From Candidatus Micrarchaeota archaeon (GTDB lineage Archaea; Micrarchaeota; Micrarchaeia; Anstonellales; Bilamarchaeaceae), in the NCBI GenBank assembly GCA_041694845.1, contig JBGFRY010000014.1:1-33840 (forward strand): a stretch of 33,840 nt of DNA, given 5' to 3'. This document shows, one piece after another, positions 25,059-33,675 of this stretch. A program made the translations under genes and the position numbers. Below the pieces are notes generated by a model. It worked only from the letters and a program-made list of their open reading frames with translations, did not search any database and was not told the DNA's origin. Numbering within the stretch: position 1 is the stretch's first letter; every line of letters starts with the position of its first letter.

Positions 25059-25997
25059 TTACTGCTTTGATTCTGTACTAATATATATTATACGCAGTTC
25101 CTTACCTGGTTTTGCACGCACAGCGCACCTTAAACGTACAAGTCTTTTTGTAGGTCCTGGGATAGAACCCTTTACCATAATGTAATCATTTTTTACAAAT
25201 CCGTATCCAATAAAACCACCATTTGGATTTATCCTTTCAAAATCATTTCCTATTTTTATTATCTGTTTGTTCAACTCAGTGCGTTTGTGATACCCCATCT
25301 GTCCTGCTTGGGGAACAGTATATAATACGTACGCTGGATGCCATTGGCCAAGTGTACCAACATGTCTCCTCTTTCCAGTTGCTTTTGGTCTCTGTAATGA
25401 AACACCAAATCGTTTTACAGCACCTTGCCATCCTTTTCCTTTTGTAACAGCGATTATGTCAACATACTCACCTGCTTTGAATACCTCACTTGCCTTTAGT
25501 TCTTTTCCAAGTAATGATTTTGCGTATTCTAATCTCTCCTTTGCATCTTTTCCACCTATTCCAAGCTCCATTCTTTCAATATGTTTTTTACCAATTCTTG
25601 TTTTATCAGGTTGTGCGTATGCAAGAAGACGAACATTCTTTACTCTTGTTTCATCGATCTTTTTTGAAGCTAGTTTTTTTATTCTTAACGTCTTAATTAT
25701 CTTTTCATTTTGTACGATTATATCTCCAATACAGCCGCCATCAATACATCTTACACCATAAACTATCAGTGGTGGTACTTCTATAACTGTTACTGGCGCT
25801 GCGACTTCTTGCCCTTTTGTAGTTGAGTTAGTTTCATCTATATAAGTGACATGCATCATTCCTACCTTATAACCAGCAAAACCTAAAACACGTTTTTCAG
25901 CAGAATCAACCCATGTGACTTCTGGTAGCTGCGACTCTGCTCTTTTTCTTGGCCGAAATGCCATGCTTCCATGTCGCGGTCTAGTTAGATCTGTCAT
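25059..25997 (-). CDS. rpl3: 50S ribosomal protein L3
   Basis: RPRHGSMAFRPRKRA, VTKGKGWQGAVKRFGV, and GQMGYHKRTE. First gene of the operon. Confidence 0.96.
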   Translation of the reverse strand: MTDLTRPRHGSMAFRPRKRAESQLPEVTWVDSAEKRVLGFAGYKVGMMHVTYIDETNSTTKGQEVAAPVTVIEVPPLIVYGVRCIDGGCIGDIIVQNEKIIKTLRIKKLASKKIDETRVKNVRLLAYAQPDKTRIGKKHIERMELGIGGKDAKERLEYAKSLLGKELKASEVFKAGEYVDIIAVTKGKGWQGAVKRFGVSLQRPKATGKRRHVGTLGQWHPAYVLYTVPQAGQMGYHKRTELNKQIIKIGNDFERINPNGGFIGYGFVKNDYIMVKGSIPGPTKRLVRLRCAVRAKPGKELRIIYISTESKQ

Positions 25998-26181
25998 GCT
26001 ACCACACTATTCTTCATTAATCGCATTGCCCTCAAAGAGTGAAAATAAGGGATGCCATTTGAAAAGTTAGTAACAAAATGATTGTTTCGAGGGATTTTTA
26101 AATGTTGTTACAGATAAAAAATAAACAAGAATAAAACTATAAATAATACGATTATTTAAACTTTATAATCTATCCTTTAAT

Positions 26182-26754
26182 ATGCTTTCAATCTTATTGC
26201 TTGGGATAATAGTTTTAACATTCATTGTGCAACTTACCTACCACCAATTTACTTCAATATTTATATTTGCACCTACATTGGCTTTCAGTGAACCATGGAG
26301 ATTTGTAACCAGTATATTTTTACATGGAGGCTTTATTCACCTATTTTTTAATGGATACGCATTGTTATTATTTGGGAGTATATTAGAAAAAAGAATCAAT
26401 CAGAAACGGTTTCTTATTCTATTTTTTGCATCTGGTATTATTGGAAGCCTTATTTATTTGTTAACAATATATATTGGAATAGCACCTTCAATTCCTGCAC
26501 TTGGTGCTAGCGGTGCAATATATGGTATTCTAGGTGCAGTAGCAATTTTTACTCCAAATCTACTAATCTATTTCTGGTTTTTCCCAATGAGAATGAAGCA
26601 TGCAGTTATCCTCTGGGTAGTGATTGAATTTATTGGAACGTTTAATGTAAACTCAGGAATAGCATCTGCAGCACATTTAAGTGGGCTTTTGTTTGGGTTG
26701 GCATATGCACATTATATCAAGAAAAAAGAATCAACATCAACATTTAATTGGTAA
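26182..26754 (+). CDS. rhomboid-family intramembrane serine protease
   Basis: EPWRFVTSIFLHGGFIHLFFNG, catalytic GASGAIYG and AHLSGLLFG, and six hydrophobic segments. Confidence 0.88.
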   Translation: MLSILLLGIIVLTFIVQLTYHQFTSIFIFAPTLAFSEPWRFVTSIFLHGGFIHLFFNGYALLLFGSILEKRINQKRFLILFFASGIIGSLIYLLTIYIGIAPSIPALGASGAIYGILGAVAIFTPNLLIYFWFFPMRMKHAVILWVVIEFIGTFNVNSGIASAAHLSGLLFGLAYAHYIKKKESTSTFNW

Positions 26755-26791
26755 AATAAGATATAAAAAATATTCTATTAACAAATTACCA

Positions 26792-27002
26792 GTAGTTCCG
26801 AACTTCTTTTAACATATTAATTGACTTCTTTAGAAATAATCTTGTTGCTTTGCCTATCAAAATTGCAATATGATTAGTTCAGAAAATTTTTTACCTCTAA
26901 AAAATGGGTTAAATTATGGTAACTTCGATCTTGCGTTCCAAGCAAGACTCAGGACGCGAGACACAAGACCAGTGAGAAAAAGCATCAGTTTTTATTTACT
27001 TT
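26792..27002 (+). repeat. copy B of the 211-bp inverted repeat (partner 90..300)
   Basis: See copy A. This copy ends 18 nt before ATG 27021 of dph5 and contains the first 133 nt of ORF 26870..27058. Confidence 0.93.
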
Positions 27003-27020
27003 CGGAAGCACTAATTACAT

Positions 27021-27746
27021 ATGACACTTATGCTGGTTGGTACTGGAATTGCGTTTGATCTTACATTATCAGCAATAGAAGAACTCAAAAAATGTGATGA
27101 AATTTATATTGAAAAATATACAAATTTAATAGAGAATGGGAAAATAAAGTCTCTGGAAGACATCGTTGGAAAAAAAATAATTCATTTAGAAAGAATAGAT
27201 GTTGAAAGCGAGTTTCTACTAAAAAAGGCAAAGAATTTACAAATAGCACTTCTTTCATCAGGAGATCCACTTATCGCAACTACTCACATAGTTCTTATAC
27301 TTGATGCAAAAAAACAAGGGACTGAAACAAAAATAATACATAATTCTTCTATATATACGACAGCAGCTGGGAAATGTGGTCTTCAGATTTATAAATTCGG
27401 AAAAACATGTACAATTCCAAACCCAAGAGAACACTACATTCCTACTTCATGGTTTGATATAATAAGAGAAAACTTTAAACAAGGAATGCATACTCTTGTT
27501 CTTCTTGATACAGAGCCAGAGCCTATGGATGCAAAAAAGGCAATAGAGTTAATTATTAATATTGATAAAGACCAGCTTGTCAGAAAGATTATAGTTCTCT
27601 CACGAATTGGATGGAATGACGAAAGAATAACATATGGAAACATCGAGCATCTAAAAAATCTTGAGCTTGGTAAAACACCTTTTACGTTAATAATCTCAGG
27701 AAAACTCCATGCTATTGAAGAGGAATTTCTCAATTCTCTAAAGTAG
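27021..27746 (+). CDS. dph5: diphthine synthase (Dph5)
   Basis: MLVGTGIAFDLTLSAIEELKKCDEIYIEKYTN and LLSSGDPLIATTH match the tetrapyrrole-methylase-fold Dph5. The true start may be ATG 27030 (MLVGTG). Confidence 0.9.
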   Translation: MTLMLVGTGIAFDLTLSAIEELKKCDEIYIEKYTNLIENGKIKSLEDIVGKKIIHLERIDVESEFLLKKAKNLQIALLSSGDPLIATTHIVLILDAKKQGTETKIIHNSSIYTTAAGKCGLQIYKFGKTCTIPNPREHYIPTSWFDIIRENFKQGMHTLVLLDTEPEPMDAKKAIELIINIDKDQLVRKIIVLSRIGWNDERITYGNIEHLKNLELGKTPFTLIISGKLHAIEEEFLNSLK

Positions 27747-27901
27747 TAATATTAATAATCAACTCTTTAAAATCGTTCAGATTTCCAACCATTTTTAGCT
27801 ATTTTTGGCTTATTTTCTGAACAAACAGTTTCGCTGCAAACCAAGACAAAAAACTCGACCTAAACCAAAAACCATATATTCTCTGTTTCTCTGACAGAAG
27901 A

Positions 27902-27911
27902 TTTATAAATA
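27902..27911 (+). promoter_or_regulatory. TATA-box-like element TTTATAAATA upstream of the 945-aa gene
   Basis: Consensus-like archaeal TATA 16 nt upstream of ATG 27927, which implies a leaderless or very short-leader mRNA. The alternative ATG 27948 has GGTGG 7 nt upstream. Confidence 0.4.
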
Positions 27912-27926
27912 CTTTGTCACAAAAGA

Positions 27927-30764
27927 ATGTTTAATGGGTGGTATACTATGGAAAAGGTTACTAATGTTATCGCAGAAAAGAAGGAAGAATACAGAAGTAC
28001 TGCTAAAGAATTAGTAAAAGATATGATAGATAACACGCCAGATAGAGTATTTAGAAAAATTAATACTTTTAGTCAAATGGAACAAAAAGAATTTATTCGT
28101 TTATGGGAAACGCTTACCTCTAAAATAAATGATCCTTTAGTTGAACGTGTTCTAACAACAAAAGCAGTTACTTCGGCTATAGAGTATTTAGTTAAACTAG
28201 AGAATGATCTAAAAGAAATTACTAACAAGAAAGATAACAAAATTAACCAAAAATTTGCTCATGAAATTGAGTTAAATGAGCTGGACCGTCTTTTTAAAGT
28301 AGCAGTGGCATTGCATGAAGGAAAAGATGTAACTGACGAAGATGCAGAAAAATTTAATAGAATATATAAAGACGTAAATGAACGTATAGTAGAAAAATCT
28401 GTTCAAGATACTGATATTGCATACAAAAATGTTGAATCACCTACTAATTTATATGTTGTTGAACTAGGTCATGTAGATAATCAAATTGAAGCAATGTCTG
28501 ATAGATTTAACTTTTTAGAAGTATTATCTTCTCTAATTTGTTCGATAGAGCTTGAAACAGAAAAAATACCAAAATTACTGGAAGAGATTGCAAAATTAGA
28601 TAGTGATAAACAAAAATATGAGAGTGAATACGAAAGATTAAAAGTCGAACTTGAAAAATCAGCAGAAACTGTGAGAAGAATTAGACAAGGTACCATAAAT
28701 ATTGAATATAGAAAAGCAGTACATACAAGAGACAATATAAAGAAGCAAGCTGAAGATAATAGAGCTAAGGTAGGCAATATCAATAACAGGCTTACTAAAG
28801 CAGAAACGGAATTAAAAGAACTAACTGATAGAATCAACGACTTTAAATCTGGAGTAAGTAAAAACAAAAATGAATTAACTGAAGAACTCGATAGACTCAG
28901 GGCAAGGAGATTTGATTTAGTAATAATCATAGAATTAACAAGAATAATAAAAGATACTGAATTAATGATTGAAGCACAGAAGAGATCTATTTGGCAAAGC
29001 GAAAGTGAAGAAAATAATGCAATTACTCAACACAATGAAGCAAAAAGTGCAGTACAAAGAGCAATCGAAACTATGATTTCTGAAACTTATGATGATTTTG
29101 CTGCTAAAATAGTGGAAGTAGTAGAGAAAAGTATGGCAATTGCAGTTATTACGTTAATTCGCAATCCTCTTAGGGAATTAATAAATCTTACAATGAAAAT
29201 AGATGATACAAAAAATGTCACAATACCTGAAGCATTGTATGAACCAAAAATAACTGTTGATGAAGTAAAAATTAGTGAAGCTTTAGATGGTAAGAAAAGT
29301 ATTAACTTGACAATAACAAAAGAAGATGGAAATAGGACTACTGTTGTATTAGACCAAGAATTTATAAATTTATTAGTATCGTTTGAAGGATATTTAGAAG
29401 TGCCAAAAGTAAAAAGGGAATTAGTTAATCGTCTTGGTGAACTTGCACCAGATGCTCCTGATGCAATATTTGATGCAATTAGCACTTCAAAAGAAGTTCT
29501 TGTAGAAATAGAGCATTGTAAGATTGGATTTTTTTATAATGAAGAATACTCCAGGATTGCAAATGACTGGATAGGGATTAACTCAAATAAGCAGCCTGAG
29601 AGTGTTCAGTTGTTTGTTCAAAAATTGGTTGAAGTAAATGGAGTTGAAGTATTAAAAAGAATATTAAAAAATCCAACAACAATGAGAGCAGAAGCAGTTG
29701 AAGAAGCTAAAAAAATAAAGATGAAAAAAGACATTGATACTGTAAATGATTTTATTCAATCTAAAAATCACGATGCTCTTGAAAAAATTGTAAGAGTAGA
29801 TCAAGATTATCATGATGATGTAGTTTTAAAAGCAATTGAAGGATTACATTCGATTAGGGGTACTGCATCAGCTATGCTATTACAACAAATAGCAACTAAT
29901 CAAAAAGGTATATATAACTCACTAGGAGCTGAGCGTGCAAAAGAACTTCTTACTACACAACCTACTTTTGTACCTATAGAAGTTCTTGATCAATCGATGA
30001 TACAATATAATAAACTAAATGCTCAAAAAGTAGCACAACTTAAAAAACCAAGAAAATTGAGGAAGTTTCTATTTGCAGGATTAGGTGTGGTTTTTAGTCT
30101 CGGGGTTACAGGGACAGTGATTGATTATAAAAATGATCGTTTTGGAGGATGGGCAAAACCAGCGTTATATTCAGTATATACTGGGATAGTTAGTGAAAAG
30201 AAGAAAGAAGAAAAACCTGTCGTACCTATCTTAGAAGTAGAACAAGTACCTTCTAAAACAACGATAAAAGAACACCAACTTGAACAAGAACAATCTTCTG
30301 ATTCAATTGCTTCTAAACTACTAACAACAGAAAAAGCAAAAGAGACAACAATGGCAGATGTAGATGAGAGTCAAGAAAAAGTATCTACTCAACCTAAAAA
30401 AGTCACTGGAAATCAAGTGCTTCATCTACAACCTAAAGTTGAAAAAAAATCAAAAGCAAAACCAAGGGTATTATCAGTAGATGAATATAAAGCACAAGTA
30501 GAATCGCAGATAGAAGCTATTATTAAAAAAATAGCTAAAGAGTGGCTAGCTTCAGATTATACTAAATATACCATAGTTGCTGGGGTGACTATAGCCCCTA
30601 ATGGTAACATTGAAAACGCAGCAATGGGTGCATATGATGCAGATCGTAATTTTATCGGAGTTTATAGTAAAGGGTTATTAACTGCACTTAAAAGAAAAAC
30701 ATTCACAGTTAAACCAAAACAAGAAGTGACAATTGGTTTCAAATTTACAGTAGAGAGTAAATAA
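27927..30764 (+). CDS. hypothetical large bitopic membrane protein: ~710-aa cytoplasmic coiled-coil/helical region, one TM helix, charged linker, small C-terminal alpha/beta domain
   Basis: Long uninterrupted ORF with heptad-like K/E/L-rich stretches (aa ~200-380). KKPRKLRK precedes the single hydrophobic helix FLFAGLGVVFSLGVTGTVI (30066..30122). The C-terminal ~95 aa (30478..30761) alternate helix and strand. That it is a CDS is solid; the function is unknown. Confidence 0.85.
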   Translation: MFNGWYTMEKVTNVIAEKKEEYRSTAKELVKDMIDNTPDRVFRKINTFSQMEQKEFIRLWETLTSKINDPLVERVLTTKAVTSAIEYLVKLENDLKEITNKKDNKINQKFAHEIELNELDRLFKVAVALHEGKDVTDEDAEKFNRIYKDVNERIVEKSVQDTDIAYKNVESPTNLYVVELGHVDNQIEAMSDRFNFLEVLSSLICSIELETEKIPKLLEEIAKLDSDKQKYESEYERLKVELEKSAETVRRIRQGTINIEYRKAVHTRDNIKKQAEDNRAKVGNINNRLTKAETELKELTDRINDFKSGVSKNKNELTEELDRLRARRFDLVIIIELTRIIKDTELMIEAQKRSIWQSESEENNAITQHNEAKSAVQRAIETMISETYDDFAAKIVEVVEKSMAIAVITLIRNPLRELINLTMKIDDTKNVTIPEALYEPKITVDEVKISEALDGKKSINLTITKEDGNRTTVVLDQEFINLLVSFEGYLEVPKVKRELVNRLGELAPDAPDAIFDAISTSKEVLVEIEHCKIGFFYNEEYSRIANDWIGINSNKQPESVQLFVQKLVEVNGVEVLKRILKNPTTMRAEAVEEAKKIKMKKDIDTVNDFIQSKNHDALEKIVRVDQDYHDDVVLKAIEGLHSIRGTASAMLLQQIATNQKGIYNSLGAERAKELLTTQPTFVPIEVLDQSMIQYNKLNAQKVAQLKKPRKLRKFLFAGLGVVFSLGVTGTVIDYKNDRFGGWAKPALYSVYTGIVSEKKKEEKPVVPILEVEQVPSKTTIKEHQLEQEQSSDSIASKLLTTEKAKETTMADVDESQEKVSTQPKKVTGNQVLHLQPKVEKKSKAKPRVLSVDEYKAQVESQIEAIIKKIAKEWLASDYTKYTIVAGVTIAPNGNIENAAMGAYDADRNFIGVYSKGLLTALKRKTFTVKPKQEVTIGFKFTVESK

Positions 30765-30845
30765 CGAAGTTATTTACAAATGCTAAGGAAATGAAATTTG
30801 AAACGCATTAAACTGATTTAAAAATATTATTACAGAAATCAAATC

Positions 30846-31433
30846 ATGAACTCTATAAAAATATTAATCATTTTATTGGTTTTTGTTTTTCTTTTTGGCT
30901 GTACAAGCCAATTAAATGACTTGTTTAAGGGTATAGGAGTTCTCAGTGGCAGCAAGGATAACATTTATACTATAAGCTATTTTGAAATTCTTAAAAATAC
31001 AACATCAGGCCAGTATTTTGCATATTTTATAATTACATCTATGAAAGAAATAACTATAGAAGATAATGACATTGGCAATTATAAAATAGCTCAAACTTAC
31101 AAAGGAGAATTAGAATACAATCTTACGATAGCTGAGAATGAAGTAAGTTCAGCTAAAAATATTTATACTTATGGACCAATTTCTATAAAAGGGAGCGAAT
31201 ACGTTGAATACTACTCAAGAATTCCATCCCTTCCAAAATATGAGGGCAAACCTTCAAAAAATAAATACATTGGAAACGCAATAATTATCCCACTACCAGA
31301 CAATATAACAGAAGCAAAAAGCGGATATATCACTGCAGAGTTAAGTGTTTATATCGCAAAATCTGGTATTGGTCCTGTACTTCTAAAATCAAATCGTGTT
31401 TATAAAATAGTAAATATAGTGCAGGTTAAATAA
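30846..31433 (+). CDS. hypothetical secreted lipoprotein (lipobox LFGC)
   Basis: N-terminus MNSIKILIILLVFVFLFGCTSQ is a signal peptide plus a lipobox-like Cys. The remainder is beta-rich with no recognised family. Confidence 0.65.
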   Translation: MNSIKILIILLVFVFLFGCTSQLNDLFKGIGVLSGSKDNIYTISYFEILKNTTSGQYFAYFIITSMKEITIEDNDIGNYKIAQTYKGELEYNLTIAENEVSSAKNIYTYGPISIKGSEYVEYYSRIPSLPKYEGKPSKNKYIGNAIIIPLPDNITEAKSGYITAELSVYIAKSGIGPVLLKSNRVYKIVNIVQVK

Positions 31434-31438
31434 CTATT

Positions 31439-31481
31439 GCAGCTTTGCGCAAAAATAAAATAATATCATAAAATCGCACTC
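31439..31481 (+). repeat. 43-nt direct repeat, copy 1 (GCAGCTTTGCGC...AAAATCGCACTC)
   Basis: 41 of 43 positions identical to 31713..31755. A further shared GACGTGAA block lies at 31542..31549 versus 31762..31769. Confidence 0.85.
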
Positions 31482-31712
31482 GCCATCGTCGTAAATAATT
31501 TCAAAAATATTCATATGTTTATTAACGCGTATTTTTGCTACGACGTGAAATGTGAATTTTTTCAAGAGTGATATAAGTGGCGCAAAGCCATTGCATACCA
31601 AACATTTATATTTGAGAAATTTTATAAGTATTATGTCACAATTCATCCAACCAATAAGTTAGTTGGTTTCCTTGCGACAGTTATTATTAAAAACAAGATA
31701 ATACGGTCAATA

Positions 31713-31755
31713 GCAGCTTTGCGCCAAAATAAAATAACATCATAAAATCGCACTC
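31713..31755 (+). repeat. 43-nt direct repeat, copy 2
   Basis: See copy 1. Its GCTTTGCGCC (31716..31725) is the exact reverse complement of GGCGCAAAGC at 31579..31588. Confidence 0.85.
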
Positions 31756-31947
31756 ATTATTGACGTGAACCGAAAAATTTTCGAATTTTGCGTTTTTTAT
31801 ATTAAATGGCAATCAAAATGAAAAAAGCATAGAAGATTCTATATGCAAACATGAAACAAGAAAGAAAGGTAAAATTTTAGTGTCTGACCTTGCGAAGATA
31901 GTGGATGATTAAATGCGCAAATTGCCCGAAGCTAAAAAATTATAATC

Positions 31948-33675
31948 TCAATAATCTTTTTTTAATAATCGGTTTTCTAACGCACGTTGACTATCAACTC
32001 CAATCGTTTTTTTCAGTAATGTTCCTTCTGGCGTTTCAAGAGTTCCAATGTAACCATCCCCGCTAAACATCTGAGAATAAAACGTTGGTGCTATTTCACG
32101 CGAACCAAACAACCTAATCGCTTCGTCAGCTGGACCATTTACTCTGACTAGATCACCATAATCCAATATCATAGTTTTTCCTTTCTGTGGGATGAGTGTT
32201 ACTACATGCAATCCTCTTCTTGTTGCTACTGATACTGCTAATGCATTTACTCCATTCTGCCTTAGAAATTCTGCCATTAACGAATGGATACCAGCGCATA
32301 TTGCTATCCCTTTTTTGAGATCTTCAGGCATGCCTTTATAAGTTCCATGCGCTTGATAATAAGCTGAATAGGCTTGAAGATACGCAAAAATATCTTGATA
32401 ACCAGCACTTGCAACCTTCTTTACATCAGGATCAAAAAACTTAAAATTTGTTAATTTATCAAGTACATCATATGAATAAGCAACATCACCAAGCGTTCTT
32501 CCTAACCAACGTGCTACCCAAATCTTCTCATCTACTGATGCATTCTTATACATTCCTGTAAAGTTGTCGAACGTCTTTGCAGCCAGAAGGTTTTTCTGTG
32601 CCTTTTCTCCATATACTTTTTCGCTAGGTGTTAAGGGCCTTTTATCTGGTTGGGTGTTTATATCAGTTTCAATTCCTGGCATCCCTCCAAGCGTTATTCG
32701 GTCTACTTCTACTCTATGGTGAGTGTCTACCACCTGGCCTGGCATAAATAATGTTATGCCACCACTCATAACAAACTCCATATCCCCACCTAACTTTTTC
32801 GTCCATTGGCCAATACCTCCACTTATCCAAATATTTCCTTTTAATGAACCTAGATTTACTGCTCTCAAAAACCCAACCCCAAATTGACTTAATATGCTAT
32901 CCAAAACAAAAAATGTTTCAAGCGTGTATCCTTTCCACGTTGCATCTAACCCAAACTTTACATTCTGGTATCTAAGATCATAATATCCTATATAAGCTGT
33001 TTTCATAGGATCAGGGGCTGCTAAATAGAAATTCATTGTTGTGTAAAAGAATAGCAAGTGCTTCCAATCTACTGAAATTCCTGGTACTAGATTAAGATAT
33101 GTAGCATCGAATAGCGGATAGGATGTTGAACCAGTAACTAATCCACCAAGAGAAAACCGAAAATCTTTTACTGGAATTGAATAACCGACGCCAAAGCTAT
33201 GGGACGTATAAAGAGTAGAATTTATGTTTGTTAATGCTAATCGTCCTTGATAGAGTAGACCAAGGCTTCCATATTCCTCATTCTCTCCAAATGTAAATGT
33301 ATGGGATGGATTGCCAGAGAGTAACAGGAGAGGATAGGCATTGAAATTATTAAAATAAATCATTCCACCTTCTAAACCAACAAAATCTTTATAAAACCCA
33401 CCAACAGTTACAGAGCTACCTGCTTCATTTGCATAAATTTTTGTATGTACATTAACATTACGAGATATCTCTACTTCATCTGGTCGTGCTAAAGATGGTT
33501 TTATATAATGAGAAGCAGCAAAGAGAAATAATGAACTAAACCCAATGATTGTTGCTTTTTTTAGAGGATAGATAAAATCATAGAGTACATCTTTTACATT
33601 CTTTCTAACACGCTGCCATCTCTCATGAAATCGATCTTTCAATTTATTCCATCTTCCATGAAAACAGAGTCTCAT
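31948..33675 (-). CDS. hypothetical envelope protein: N-terminal signal anchor, Gly/aromatic beta-strand-rich region, C-terminal transglutaminase-like (Cys-His-Asp) domain
   Basis: GGTGA lies 7 nt upstream of the ATG. TM segment ATIIGFSSLFLFAASHYI. The C-terminal GIAICAGIHSLMAEFLRQNGVNALAVSV...GLHVVTLI...ILDYGD fits the transglutaminase-core pattern C-x(~17)-G(I/V)xA-x(n)-H-x(n)-D. Confidence 0.8.
   Translation of the reverse strand: MRLCFHGRWNKLKDRFHERWQRVRKNVKDVLYDFIYPLKKATIIGFSSLFLFAASHYIKPSLARPDEVEISRNVNVHTKIYANEAGSSVTVGGFYKDFVGLEGGMIYFNNFNAYPLLLLSGNPSHTFTFGENEEYGSLGLLYQGRLALTNINSTLYTSHSFGVGYSIPVKDFRFSLGGLVTGSTSYPLFDATYLNLVPGISVDWKHLLFFYTTMNFYLAAPDPMKTAYIGYYDLRYQNVKFGLDATWKGYTLETFFVLDSILSQFGVGFLRAVNLGSLKGNIWISGGIGQWTKKLGGDMEFVMSGGITLFMPGQVVDTHHRVEVDRITLGGMPGIETDINTQPDKRPLTPSEKVYGEKAQKNLLAAKTFDNFTGMYKNASVDEKIWVARWLGRTLGDVAYSYDVLDKLTNFKFFDPDVKKVASAGYQDIFAYLQAYSAYYQAHGTYKGMPEDLKKGIAICAGIHSLMAEFLRQNGVNALAVSVATRRGLHVVTLIPQKGKTMILDYGDLVRVNGPADEAIRLFGSREIAPTFYSQMFSGDGYIGTLETPEGTLLKKTIGVDSQRALENRLLKKDY

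Noticed and set aside
26930-26946. A tRNA T-arm-like hairpin (CTTGC-GTTCCAA-GCAAG) inside the inverted repeat
   Set aside because: The loop does not fit TTCRANN in register. I could build no acceptor, D or anticodon arms from the flanks. No tRNA was found anywhere in the window.
28481-29485. Minus-strand ORFs 28481..28930 and 29087..29485
   Set aside because: They are antisense to the continuous 945-aa ORF. Their Ser/Leu/Phe-rich translations are typical of the complement of K/E-rich coding sequence.
31434-31646. 70-aa minus-strand ORF (MNCDIILIKF...) as a real small protein
   Set aside because: Its RBS is weak. The degenerate second copy is reduced to about 42 codons. Both substitutions in the shared segment are non-synonymous. 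The region is better treated as repeat or non-coding sequence until expression data exist.
31439-31755. Direct repeats that might suggest a CRISPR array
   Set aside because: There are only two copies, 274 nt apart, of 43 nt with an adjacent indel-related homology block. They lack regular repeat-spacer periodicity, and no cas genes are present in the window.
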